From Octopus bimaculoides (Eukaryota): 39,870 nucleotides of DNA. The position numbers and the translations under genes were made by a program. Below are positions 22,696 through 35,154 of this stretch, one piece after another; within the stretch, counting starts at the first letter, position 1; the number at the start of each line of letters is the position of its first letter. The notes under the pieces are model-generated. The model made no database searches and was not told the DNA's origin. It saw nothing but the letters and a program-made list of their open reading frames with translations. The DNA is taken from contig NC_068981.1 in NCBI RefSeq assembly GCF_001194135.2, positions 188,589,521-188,629,390 of the forward strand, written 5' to 3'.

Positions 22696-23294
22696 CTGAG
22701 GAAGAGTAAATCTAATTAAAAAAATGTATTTGGAATTATGGTTTAGTAAGTATTAAGTTTAGATGTGAAAAATGAAATCTATGAATAAATCCATGTTCCA
22801 AATGTAATTATTCTACTCCAAAAAAGAAAAAAATATTCACTGACAATAACTAAAATACTTTAAAAAATTTTTATCATGTCTAAGATGGAGAAGTTGTCGT
22901 TTAACTACAGGTCAGGCTTGCTTAGACCTGGGGTCCTGAAAGACAAGAATTCTAAAAATATCTCAATTTTCTGTTTCTTTTTTATGCTGAAGCTTCATTG
23001 TGGGGACTCTACTCCATTTAGTCTTGAGACACTATGGAATCTCTTCAGACTTGCAATTTCATTCTTCATGTCTATCAAACTAAAAGCAAATTTAGCAACT
23101 TTATTGTATATGATATGAATTTGTTGCTTTATAGCCCAAGGTCAGCTCAGATTAAGGATACTTATGATCAAAAATGTTCCACCAGCCACAATGCTTTCCA
23201 CCTACAGACTAGAGCACCCAGGCCAAAGACACATTAATTTCATAAATGATTCTTTATCATTAACAACATATCTTTTATTTGTTTCAACCATTAG

Positions 23295-23509
23295 ACAGTG
23301 GCCATGCTGGGGCACTACCATCAAGAAATTTTAGGCGAATCAATTAACCCCAGTACAATTTTTTTACGCTTGGTACTTTTTCTATGAGTTTCTTTTAGAT
23401 ATGGGAACATCAACAAACCAACACCGGTTGTCAAGTGGTGGTGGTGATTGTGGTGGTGCATGTTTGTGTCTGTGTTTGTCTCCACCATTACGTGGCCTGT
23501 CGTGTGTGT

Positions 23510-23520
<11 letters not shown>
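23295..23520 (-). mobile_element. SINE family 'C' 3' half
   Basis: Reverse complement TGTGTCGGTGTTTGTCTCCACC..TTGACAACCGGTGTTGG...CCCCAGCATGGCCAC. Confidence 0.65.
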
Positions 23521-23544
<24 letters not shown>

Positions 23545-23889
23545 CAAAAATGGGACAAGAATGCAAAACATCCAGACAGGTAGGTGATACAAAAATGGGG
23601 CAACAAAATATCCAGACAGATGATACAAGGAAAACAAGGACGGATTATTCGGAGTTTTCTATCCTCAATCGAGTTGTATATATATATATATATAAATTTA
23701 AATAACAAAGGTGCAAAATTGAATATTAATTTGATTAATATAAATTTAAAAGTGGCCTAGCATATTAAAAAAATCTGAAGATTCAGAAAAATTATATTAC
23801 ATACATATAAGAGGGATGACCACTAAGTGGACATCCATTTTGCTAGAAGTAAACCACCTATGGTCTGACCACTAAGAAAAGATTGTTCT

Positions 23890-24030
23890 CAAAGAGCTGG
23901 CCAGCCAGAGAACTGCACCAGGCACTCCAATTGTCTGTTTTGGGAAGGTTTCTATGGCTGGATGCCCTTCCTAATGCCTACCACTTTACAGTGTGTACTG
24001 AGTGCTTTTTACATAGCACTGGCACAGAGA
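23890..24030 (-). mobile_element. Old RTE 3' tail fragment
   Basis: TTTCTATGGCTGGATGCCCTTCCTAATGCCTACCAC. Confidence 0.65.
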
Positions 24031-26104
24031 GAGAGCAAGGGAAAAATATTATCATGGGTTTGGTTCTAATCATGCAAATCTTTCAGTGGAAATGTGCTTC
24101 TTTGATATGTTATGAGTGTGTCTTGAGGCAAATGAATTTCATGTTCCCATTGCAAGATGTTTATGAAGTTTTTGTTGAGAGAGTGGCTATGTGTGTCTGG
24201 CAGCAGTTGTCTGTGCTGCATATGGATAATGACTTTTGTGAAGCAAGATAAAGAGCAGTTAAGAGCGGTATCGTCTACTTCTGTACTTGTTAGATACAAT
24301 ATGAAACAGGTTTTAGATGTACTGAAGGAAGAATGTTTGAGATATATCTAAGTATCTAAGTAATAACAATATGGGACACAATGAATGTTCCTAAATCCAC
24401 ACTGATATGAAAGTTTTATACAAGAAATGAGGAGGAGATATAGACTAGAATCAGGTAACTTTAAGAATTTTGTGATACTACCTTTAGTATAAGAACTTCA
24501 AAGTTGCTCAAATATGGTTTGTATGTATAACATTCTGTTAAATTATGTACAAAAGTGATGAAGATAGTATAAATAGGTCAGGATCAGTAGTAAATAATGA
24601 AGAATTTAGTGTAAAATAAAGAGTCACCTTTATCTCCTTTTTTGTTCTATGCATTCTAGTGTTTGACAAAGTTCAAAACTGGGTCTTTCGATATGCCAAT
24701 AACCTGTCTGCACTGTAGAATATGCTGAGGATTTGCAGGGGTTCTTAACATAAGCTTTGTTCAAAAGATGTGAATTTATATTTTTTTAAAGGAGAAATAG
24801 AGGATGAAAAAACCACAGTGGCATATGAAAAGTAAATTGATCAATAAGCAGGAAATCCATAATATGTTGTCAAGGCAAATAATGGCAACTCAAAAAGATA
24901 CATCAGGATATCTGGGAGACTGGAAAATAGAAATTTAGGTATGCCAGATGCATTGGAGTAGTTAAAAGCATGAATAGCCATGCACTGAAGACTATAGTAT
25001 GCTAATAAAGCTAACATGAAATAGTAATTTTTGAAGTAAATTACGTTACTAATATGATATAACCAGTGACAGAAAAGAACGATTTATAGCATAGCTGCCA
25101 TGATTTTTCTGTGAACTCTTCCTTTCATTTGCATCAAAGAAATTATCTTTACATAAAGGAGGTACGTTGTATGTAGTATTTGTTAATAGTGGACATTAAA
25201 ACATGGACAGTGAATGTAGAGAATCAGCAGCTATCAGGAAATAAATGATGTGCAGTTTTATAATGCAAGAAAATGTGAGCATAATTCAATTGAAAAAGTG
25301 ACTTGCATTTAACATTGGGTGATATGGACACTGATATGATAGTCTAATGGGAAGAAGTATAGATACATGCTGGAAAAAAAATGTTGGAAAATGAAAAGCA
25401 CACAAGATAAAGAAGGAAAATTTAGGAAGCTAACTTTACTTGGAAGTAACTAAGAACAACACATGATCTCATAGATAAAAACTATAGGACTAAACTGCTA
25501 TATTGTAGGTCTAATATTGAAAGCTATTACATAGCAGGTTCAATCTGAATCTACATTGAGAAAAGCATGTTGAAATAGTAATAATAATAATAATCATAAT
25601 AATAATAATGCTGATGTAATATTAATATTGTTTTCTTTGATCAAAAAATTTTATCTGGAAAATTATACATAATAACGACAAGGATTACTATTCTATAGGA
25701 TTATATTATTTTGTTGGACTATTTAAATATGATATAAATGGAGATTTATGATAACCTTTAAGATATTAAGTCTTTCTTAAGAAATAATCACATCATCTCT
25801 ATTGTATAATCACATCATAACTAGGAATTGTATAGAATATTGTAACTTGACTTCTAGCTATTAAAATAGAAGTTATATTGGACATTTTTTTCTCCTGCTA
25901 CAGATTTTATAGATACAATTTCATTCTCAATCTTTTTTATATGCTTACTTTCTAATGACTCAACAAACCGTTTTATTTGCTCTGTACTTGACATTTCAAA
26001 ATAGATTAATAAATTATTTCCAGCCATAATCAGAAGCAAATAAACCTCAAATATTTTGACATCTGTTATCAGATATATGTAAACTAGAATAGTCTTTTAT
26101 TTAC

Positions 26105-26176
26105 AGTATCATAATGGAATTGTCCACAAAATAAATCGTTTCAAGATCATGTTCTTCAACGTTTACATTTATCGTT
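26105..26176 (-). CDS. Candidate 72-nt exon, product unassigned
   Basis: GTATTTTTTTATAG| ... |GTAAAT; open frame TINVNVEEHDLETIYFVDNSIMI; 3 CpGs. Confidence 0.3.
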
Positions 26177-27302
26177 CTATAAAAAAATACATTTCCCAGA
26201 GTGACATATTAAAAATCTTATCTTCTTTAAATCTATAGATTTATCTTAAGTTAGTTTCATATTTTATTTACATTATATTATAATTACATTGTATATTAAC
26301 AAGTATTTGAACTTCAAAGAAGAGCAGTGTTGATGTTTGCTTGATAAAAGACAAATATTGCAATGAAATAGTTTGCAAATAATAGTATATGCTATAATTC
26401 GATGCTTATTTACCAAAGAAAGCAGTATCCACTTATTTAATGCAAAAGTTATCAAAGCCATTAACTGATAAAAATAAATCTAAAGGACTTACAATACAAC
26501 ATATGTTGATAAAAAAAACATTGCAATAACTAAGATAGAATAAACTTAGATTATTGAATCTATACATAAAATTAATAATGATACTGAGGTTTTATGAGGT
26601 TTTCTTATCTGCTTTTAATACAAATATTCATGAAAAAACTTTTTGGCAATAATAGAATAGTTTCATTTGTCAGTGTTAGTATTTTTTTGTTAGATGGCCA
26701 AAAATATCAAATATATTTACCAAATTCTCTCTTTGCTTTATTAACATAGGGAAAATAATCTTAAGATAGCATGTTATTTTTAATTATATCACTTTCTTTT
26801 CTGACAGATATTTCTTCATAAATTTTAAAGCTGTTATTTTACATTTCCATTATTTACAATTAGTGAATGGCACTTCAGACCAGAACATCAAAGGTTGGGA
26901 ATTAGTATTTGACAAGAATATATGCAAATGATCAGTCATTCTTAATTTGCTTCTGACCAAGGTATTGAACACTTAATGACCATGCTCATCCGCCTGTTAG
27001 TAGGCTCTACAGAGTTAAGTATTAATAGCTCTATATAACTGACATATGATTTCCTGGGTTGCAGTTCATATTTAAACTCCCCTGGTGAGAAAAATTTCCC
27101 TTTTTTAAAAATAGATATGTTAATCACTGGGTCCAAAAAATCCTACCAAAACACGATATTTTCTGAAACAACCATTGTATATACATCACAAAATATTTTG
27201 AGAATGGAAAAGGTGTAGAGTAAAAGCAGTGCCTAACCATGGACTGACATCAGACTGATGAAAACTGAAGATTTGTTGATTATATGAATAACTTTCTTGC
27301 AG

Positions 27303-27467
27303 ATGTAATCGAATCTGAAGATTTACTATTGTGGTCAAGAGCACAATATTGCATGCAGAACATTACGACATGCTTAGAAATAGAATTATGTCTTTCAAAA
27401 CGAAGCTTTGGCAATGTTAGCAATAAAAGTTTTGAGAGATATCACTACATATATAACATATATAATA
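27303..27467 (+). CDS. Candidate 165-nt exon, product unassigned
   Basis: ACTTTCTTGCAG| ... |GTAAGA; one open frame (D)VIESEDLLLWSRAQYCMQNITTCLEIELCLSKRSFGNVSNKSFERYHYIYNIYN. Confidence 0.25.
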
Positions 27468-27719
27468 GTAAGATCACTTTTGTATTGTGAAATTATTTTA
27501 AGGTTTTAGATCACTACAAAAGGATATGGTTAGAATTTTCACCAATAGACGAAGCAGTTTCTTGCATAGATATGGAATAAGAAGATTATGGAAGAGTTAT
27601 GCTATAAATAGTTTCTATACTAAATTGTATCAAAAACAGTATAATGTTGAATTTTACTACCACAAGAAACTTTTGTTCAAATATATATGTATGTGTGTGT
27701 GTGTGTATAATATATATAT

Positions 27720-27850
27720 ATACAGGGAGAATTCACAAAAAAACAAAAGACGAAGACAGGTGGTGTAGAAAACAAACAGATGTATTAGTATAATGCTTGG
27801 GAATTGAAAAAAGTCTTTAATGCTTCGAGTCTACGCTCTTCCACAGAAAG
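27720..27850 (-). mobile_element. Penelope-like pseudo-LTR fragment with decayed hammerhead motif
   Basis: Minus strand CTTT-CTGTGGA-A-GAGC-GTAG-ACTC-GAAG-CAT-T-AAAG has the layout of a minimal type-I hammerhead. Confidence 0.5.
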
Positions 27851-29080
27851 GAAAGTCAGGATATCCAAAGTTAATGCAGTACGATCGTTTCATGTGACTC
27901 CATTTAATCAAGCAATGTAAACATTACATCAAATATAAAATGTAGACCAATCTTCAGCTGCACAAAGATATAGAAATTTAATGAAATTACATTTAAACAG
28001 GACAAATTTTTATAATTAAATCTAAACTCTCCAAGTAGAAAGGAGGAATACAAAAAACCATTTTAACTTAGCCAGACCAGGCTAGTACAGGCTAGTAAAT
28101 AATTCTAAGCAGATTTTTAACTGTCACTGATTTTATTTGTTTTTTGGTTCTGATTTATGGACTATCTTATCAGACCTAGGGATTCAAAGCTTAAGAGGAC
28201 ACTGGCATTTTCCATATATATATATGGCTAATTTCTGATCTTCTATACAGTCAATCAAATAGGAAGTTATATTGTATTAACTATTAAAGCATTGACAAGT
28301 TGGTTCAGTAATGTTGATTCAATGGATGTAGAATCAATTTTAATCTGCATATGAAATTTTACATTATTTTATTCTTTGCATCAAAGGATGAAGGAATAAT
28401 GGATCATAATTGATAAACAAGAGAGAATTTACAATCTAACATTTTAGTTGTTTCAGTTCATTTTGTTCTTTTGCTTCACCTACTTTTAAAAACTATAATC
28501 TAATTTTTGTATGATGTATAATTCAAAAATATAATGGAATATATTTGGAAATTTAAACTACTATTTTAATATTTTATCTGCTGCAATACTTTGAAAAAAA
28601 AATGCTTTCGTTTATACAATGAAAAATAACTGATCAAAGAGTTAATTATTTGAAAACATTATTCCTTCCAAATGTCTACAGATTCATTTATAATTTTGTT
28701 AGCTAACATCAAGTTTCAATTTCTCTTTAAGTTTTCACTTAATTTAATTATTAAGATACATTGTGTTTAATAAAACAAATGTTTCTTTCTTACAAAATAA
28801 GAATCATATTACTATAAATGATTTTTGTTTGTATTTGTATAGATATGATGTAGCAATTGTATTACAAATGATATTATAAAGAAAACTATGCAAGTAATCT
28901 AGAGTTTGATGTCAGCTTTGGCAAATAGAATTTGTGGTAGAGTAATATTTCAAAATATGTATTTTCATGTTCATCTCCCAAAACGAAAATCAAAATTTGC
29001 TGCTAACTCAAATATATAATAATGTTAATGGATATAAAAGTGGATTGATAAATAAATAATTTTTCTTTAATTTATGAAAC

Positions 29081-29130
<50 letters not shown>

Positions 29131-29643
29131 AACATATTTTATTGTATTATTTCAAATACCAGTATTTTTAAGGAGGTTTATAGAAATTCAACTTTAATAA
29201 AAAGATGTAATTCCATTTACTTGATTAACTTCAGATAAATTATAACTAAATCTGACCCACTAACACTAAGTACTAAACTAAGAAACACTAAGTACTAAAC
29301 TAGATATTGTAAAATATCCTCTGCTTTACACTTTGTAAAATGTAATGCTACAAACAGAAAAAGAAAACCTATGTAAATATTTTAATTTTATAAATTTTAT
29401 AAATTGAAGAAAACTGTAAAATGTTAACCTATTTCAGTAATGTGATCAAAGTTCTTTTATTCATTCCGATCTCTTAATAAGATTAAGCATTTCAAGCATT
29501 AATTAGGAAAAAAAGAAGAAACCTTTCAAGAAGAAGAATAATTGTTTTATGTAACATTTCTAGTACTTTGAAATCATTATGTTTACTATTTGTGAATTTT
29601 ACTTTAAGCAAAACAGACTTTCTATTGTTCTATTCTTCTGCAG

Positions 29644-29737
29644 AAAGCATTTTGATAATTATAAACAAACTGAAATTACTGCATATATAAAATATTCAAG
29701 GTGGTTAAAAAAACGTAAAAGTAAAAAGATTTATTAA
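29644..29737 (+). CDS. Candidate exon ending in a stop codon, product unassigned
   Basis: Strong acceptor TTCTATTGTTCTATTCTTCTGCAG|; frame KHFDNYKQTEITAYIKYSRWLKKRKSKKIY*; GTATGA follows the stop. Confidence 0.3.
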
Positions 29738-30086
29738 GTATGAAAGGAAAATATTCTTCCAAGCTATCTAAATTATCAAAGAATTAAGTATTCTACTATT
29801 GGGAATTTTTGTTAGTTAATAATTCTAAAATAAACATATAAAAGTCATTGCAATTACTGAAAGCAGTAAAATATAACTAATATCCTTCCTTCAAATCAGA
29901 TCCTTTTGAAATAACCCATGTATTTGCAAGCTAATATTTAGTGGAATATGTGCTGTCATCCTAGAACCAATCAAAATATGAATTGGTATGACAATTCAAT
30001 CTGATAAAAAGAAATGAGTTACTCGGACTGCATATTTAATCAAGTAATAGTGTATCAATATAAGAGTGTATATATTTACATGTGTG

Positions 30087-30129
<43 letters not shown>

Positions 30130-30597
30130 TGTACATTCGCATAGTTATTTTAAGCATTTATATTCACTTTGTTGCTCTGACATTAATTAGCCAACTAATT
30201 ATTTTTGTAATACATCCGTATTCACAATTTCTACCAACAGGGGTAAGATGAATGTGCAAATTTTGATGTTTGCATAAGAATTGTAGAAACAAATGTTTTT
30301 ACAGTTTAATGCACTTGTAAGCACTAATTACTCAGCAATATAATGAACATATTGACATTAAAGTATTGATGTATACTCATCTAGGCAATCTATGCTGAAT
30401 GATGTGCCTTTCATAATTACTGAGCATAGATGTTGAGCAATTTGGAATAGTGTTCTTACAAACTGTAGTCCAAGAATTTATCTTCACAGTTAAATATTCA
30501 CTTTGGCATTCAAATTATATCATGACAAATGTATTATTGTGGTGATATCATAATGGTTCTTTACACTAATACAGAACCATTGATTTTATAGAAATAC

Positions 30598-30666
30598 TTT
30601 GGGATGTTGTGATATTTAGGCATTTTCCCTAGAGCAGTGGTGATACAGTTGACATATAGTGATTTC
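30598..30666 (-). CDS. Candidate 69-nt exon, product unassigned
   Basis: TTTCAATATTCTACAG| ... |GTATTT; only one open frame, KSLYVNCITTALGKMPKYHNIP. Confidence 0.25.
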
Positions 30667-31159
30667 CTGTAGAATATTGAAATCAGGCTATGAACTTGGT
30701 TTACTAAGAAGACAGCTTTGCACTAAGACTCTTACAATATTATAACAAGATTAACGACAATTCATGATAAAATTAACTACTTGTACTGTTGTATAATGTT
30801 TATGTATTGTTCATGGAGTTCTGATGATACAATGAGACTGAAGATGTAATAGATAAGTTACTGTTAACATATTTTGTGTAGGGAGAATTAAAAAGCTAAC
30901 TAAAAACAATTGTGGTTTGAAAAAAAGAAACAAGAACAATATTAGTTAATAATTAATATCATTTTCATTTTACATCAATTACAGGAGATAATTTTCACTA
31001 TGTTTTGGTCTTAGAATAGCATTTTTGATTGAATTATTTATTTTCTAATGAAATAAAGCTTTAAATGATTTTTTTATGAGTTTGGCAACAAAGGAGAGGC
31101 ACATCCATATTGTTTGCAGGTTTTACTAGAATTAGAAAATGGATACAGGTGATGTTCAG

Positions 31160-31600
31160 TTTAAACGTCGATAGATCAACATCTACAGGGAAAAAATGAG
31201 GACAGGATAGATAATCCAATCAGCTGCAACTCTGGTGAGAAATACTGTGCAAAAGTGTAGTAGATTTAGAGTGAGTTTACTGCAGGAATAATGATAAGGT
31301 AGATAGGAGTTTGAGATGAAAGGGATACGAAACTTGTTAGTTTAGAGGAAGAGAGACAGTTACAGAGGAAATAGAAGAGACAGAGAGAAAACAACACATC
31401 TACCAGCAAGTGATTGATGGGTGAGTCTTTGAAAATCAGCCAGATGGCCTTCTTTTGGATACAGTTCAAGTTGTTTGCATGTCTGGAAAAGTACTGTCCT
31501 GTATCTGGGACAGTATTCCTACAGACATGCAAACAACCTGGTCGGTGTGGGTCAATTAATGCTGCTGGGTTCACCAAGTTTACATAAAATACTTGCATTT
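31160..31600 (-). mobile_element. CR1/L2-group (Daphne/Crack-like) LINE ORF2 C-terminal relic
   Basis: LNCIQKKAIWLI...SLCLFYF...SSKLTSFV and FLTRVAADW....FFPVDVDLSTFK match LD.VQK.A.RLI...LFYR...CS.EL...RT...WN.LP..FP...FK. Confidence 0.65.
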
Positions 31601-32294
31601 GAAAGAATGTTATTTATGTGAGTCCAGTTGTGTATAAACTAAAAGAGTTTTAGTTTATACACAACTAAACTCACATTCTTTATTATGATGCTCTCAATTT
31701 TCATAAGGATAAATATGCATATCTGTATTTGTTCTCTGCTATTTCCTTCATCAAGTACTCTGTAATAATAATTTTTTGTTTATACTTCTTGCACTGAGGA
31801 GAACAGTGATATGTAATTAGTTTAATTTAATCAAATTAATTTAATCATTCTACCATGAATTTACATGTTAATATTGCTGTTTGAAATGCATGTATTAAAA
31901 TTCTTTCAAATTTTAACATCTTCTCTTCTCCATTTTTAACAAATCTGTTGAGTTCTATGGGATACCTTTCCATAAATTCTCATAACACACCATATACAAA
32001 TATTATTTTCATATTCGCAAACTTACGCCAGTAAGCTACCAGCAAAATATGAAGAACCTTTCTTAGAAATCGCTTTTTTGGAACCTGCCAAAGTAAAGGA
32101 TGAAATATAATTCAACCTTTTCACATATATATGTGTGTGTATGTATGTACAGATTTGTATGTTTTATGTATGTATTCTCATGCATATAGGTGCATATCTA
32201 GACATATTCATATATATTTAAATAAACTTTTAGAAAGTTTTACAGATTTTTACAGTTCCAGTGATAGATTGGATCTGTGGCCTCGAATTAGTTT

Positions 32295-32636
32295 TCACCT
32301 TTCTGGCTTTGAGAAGCCTAATTTCTCAAGATTGGTATTTAGGCAGTGTGTTACATATCCCAGGTCCCTAATAATTACAGTTATAAACCTGAACTTGTAA
32401 TCTGGATAGAGTAACTGACGATTTCTCAATAGTTCAGCATCGGTGTTCTCTTTTTCACTGATCTTCAGCTTTATGTTAACATCCACTAGACAGCTAATTT
32501 CCACAACTGTGCACAGTTTCTCTTCTCTATCCCAAATCATTATATCAGGTCTGTTGTGCTTACATTTTATTGAGGTCTTCATTGGTACATTCCACCAGTA
32601 TTCCTTTTTAGTATGAGTGGCTATGGCTTCTACCAT
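32295..32636 (-). mobile_element. Restriction-like endonuclease domain of an early-branching non-LTR element (R4/Dong/NeSL-like)
   Basis: WWNVPMKTSIKCKHNRPDIMIWDREEKLCTVVEISC.VDVNIKLKISEK: the HNRPD...D/E.S.P.D.N..K..EK PD-(D/E)xK motif. Confidence 0.85.
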
Positions 32637-32699
32637 ATTGTGGTTTTTTATTTCTTTGTCCTTGGGATTATCCTTCCAACAGTTTTCATTATAGAGTGT

Positions 32700-32975
32700 A
32701 TAGATGTATGTATGTATGCATTTTTGTGTATGTTTGTTTTGTATGTTTGTTTGTTTGTTTTGTTTGTCTTTGTGTCTGTGTTTCTACCCCACCATGACTT
32801 GACAACCTGTGTTGGTGTGATAACATCCTTGTAACTTAGCACTTCAGTAAAAGAGATTGATAGAATAAGTAAAGAGCTTTAAAAAAATAAGTACTAGGTT
32901 CAATTCATTCATTTAAAATTCTTGAAAGTGGTGCCCCAGCCTGGCCACAGTCTAATAACTGAAACGAGTAAAAGA
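32700..32975 (+). mobile_element. SINE family 'C' 3' half
   Basis: TGTGTCTGTGTTTCTACCCC..TTGACAACC...GTAACTTAGC...GATAGAATAAGTA...CCCCAGCCTGGCCACAGTC..AACTGAAAC. Confidence 0.7.
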
Positions 32976-33438
32976 TATGATGAACAAATTACAATTGTTG
33001 ATAAAGTGGTTTCCATGGAAACAAATGCCAAGTAAAACTTAGTTGGTAAAGAAAGAAAAATTGATTAAAGCTTGGATATAAAGTGGTTTCAATAATGCTC
33101 GACTGATATGACATGGATCTCAATGATGAACATATTTAAAGTAGCAATATGCATTTGGTAAGGATCGTGACAAGAATGGAAGAGATGAAGCAAAGAATTA
33201 TCACACAATCAAAAGAATTATCAATTAAAGAACTCAATTAAGAATTTGATAGAACTTGATTGAAAGCAGATGATAATCGATGTAAAGTACTGCACATCAG
33301 ATGATGATTTGAAAATGCATTTAACTTTAGTGTCATGCACCAAGAGAAGAAGAAAAAAAATGCAATGAACGGACATGTTACTAGATTTTAAAATACTAGG
33401 ATATATATATATGTGTGTGTGTGTGTGTGCATATATAT

Positions 33439-33521
33439 NNNNNNNNNNNNNNNNNNNNNNNNNNNNNNNNNNNNNNNNNNNNNNNNNNNNNNNNNNNNNN
33501 NNNNNNNNNNNNNNNNNNNNN
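33439..33521. other. Assembly gap
   Basis: N run. Confidence 1.
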
Positions 33522-33628
33522 ATAATAATAATAATAATAATTTTAGGGAATAAAATCCAAACTTACAGGGAAAAAAATTCAATTTAGCAAAACTAAATCA
33601 AATTTCCAAATATAAAATATATGTATAT

Positions 33629-33844
33629 AATTTAGAGAAAAACCGCTATTAAATAATTCAGTAACGAAAATATAATTCATACCCTCCAGAAAATGAATAT
33701 ATGGTATACCATTTACTAGTTATTTTGTTTTTATGTACTATATTGTATTTTTAGAATAAGGTGTTTAGGATATATTTATTTTCTGGAGGGTATGAATTAT
33801 ATTCTTCATTACTGAATTATTTAATAGCGGTTTTTCTCTAAATT
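33629..33844. repeat. Inverted repeat, ~75-bp arms and ~67-bp spacer
   Basis: AATTTAGAGAAAAACCGCTATTAAATAATTCAGTAA...CATACCCTCCAGAAAAT (33629-33702) against its reverse complement at 33770-33844. Confidence 0.9.
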
Positions 33845-34668
33845 CTATATATATATATGCCAATATAAAAGTACTAATAAAAATAGTTAAGGTAGGGTTT
33901 TTGGCTTTTGGTTTTTGCACATGCTAATGCAAGTTAATAAACTTGATTGGTCTGTAGACATGAAGATACTGAACTGAAGAAATGAACAAAACAGAAATGG
34001 TGCAGCTTGTATTTTTGGAAGGGCACAGCAATGTTAAGAGGTTAATAATAGACATTTAGAGCCATGGAGATTAAGTGCAATCAGCAAATCAATGCAAGCA
34101 CAGAATCCTTGTAATCAGTGCAATCAATAAAGCAGTGAACCATTAAACCAATGCACTAACTGCAGTCGGTGAAATCATTTCAATCGCTGCAACCAGTGCA
34201 ATCACTGAAGAATGTCAATCAAATGGAGGATTTTATACTGGATGGAATTAAGATTTCTGCAGATTATTGGAACAACTCTATTCTAGACATGAGCAGCATC
34301 ATATAGGAGATATATTGGTTATATATAGGGAGCTGCTCCCTTTCATTAAAGAAGCCTGTTGAACTTAGAATCAAAACGTTTTGGGAGCTTGAATGGAGAT
34401 CTTTCAATGCTGGTGTGGTAACATTGGTCTTCTTAAGTCTTCAGTAAGAATCACTCATCTGAAGATGCAATTCATGAGGTAATGTAGCAAAAGGAATAGT
34501 TTGGCATCAGTTTGTAAAATTAGAAGATCTGTGATTCATCTTCTAGTCTCTTCTAGCAGTCTTGATATTAAGATAATCATGCGCTAGTACACCAAACAAA
34601 ATTCTAACCCATGCCAGCATGGACAACGGACGTTAAATGATGATGGTGGTGGTGGTGATGACTTCATC

Positions 34669-34861
34669 CAGTTCTGTATTTAAGAGATGAGGAATTATGT
34701 ACATTATTTACGTTTGATGGATATTTGTCCTCATCTTGTTTGTTGTTAACACGTTCCGGCTGATATACCCTCCAGCCTTCATCAGGTGTCTTGGGGAAAT
34801 TTTGAACCTGAGCTCTCATTCCTAAGGTATTTTTCGATGTTATTGTTATTATTATTATTAC

Positions 34862-34903
<42 letters not shown>

Positions 34904-35150
34904 ATTCATAGCCTGGAATTGAACTCAGAATCTTGGGGTTAGTAGCCCACGCTTTTAATCCCAAGAATCCAAGTTCGATTCCAGGCAGTGACCTGAATAA
35001 TAATAATAATATCAAAAAATAGCTTAGGAATGAGAACCCAGGTTCGAAATTTCCCCAAGACACCTGATGAAGGGTGGAGGGTATATCAGCCGAAACGTTA
35101 TGTTAACAACAAACAAGATGAGGACAAATATCCGTCAAATGTAAATAATG
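34669..35150. mobile_element. Palindromic element: two head-to-head copies of a tRNA-headed repeat carrying hammerhead motifs
   Basis: 34702-34937 is the reverse complement of 34960-35150 with few mismatches and a 22-nt spacer. B-box GTTCGATTCC at 34973-34982; CTGATGA...GAAAC motif in each arm. Confidence 0.8.
35059..35104 (+). ncRNA. Putative minimal type-I hammerhead ribozyme (one mismatch in stem I and one in stem II)
   Basis: GACAC-CTGATGA-A-GGGTG-[10 nt]-CAGCC-GAAAC-GT-T-ATGTT; palindromic stem III (AACGTT) as in Penelope-type minimal hammerheads. Confidence 0.55.
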
Positions 35151-35154
35151 ATTT

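Noticed and set aside
23010-23200. Selenocysteine or readthrough ORF on the minus strand (VESIV...NLS*PWAIKQ...SPQ*)
   Set aside because: One TGA between short frames is expected by chance; no SECIS or selenoprotein motif was recognised.
25854-26090. Single-exon ~80-codon minus ORF (…MSSTEQIKRFVESLESKH…)
   Set aside because: A few ORFs of this length are expected by chance in 40 kb and no domain was recognised; only a sub-segment is kept as an exon candidate.
29262-29302. 19-bp direct duplication AACACTAAGTACTAAACTA
   Set aside because: Ordinary slippage duplication with no further structure.
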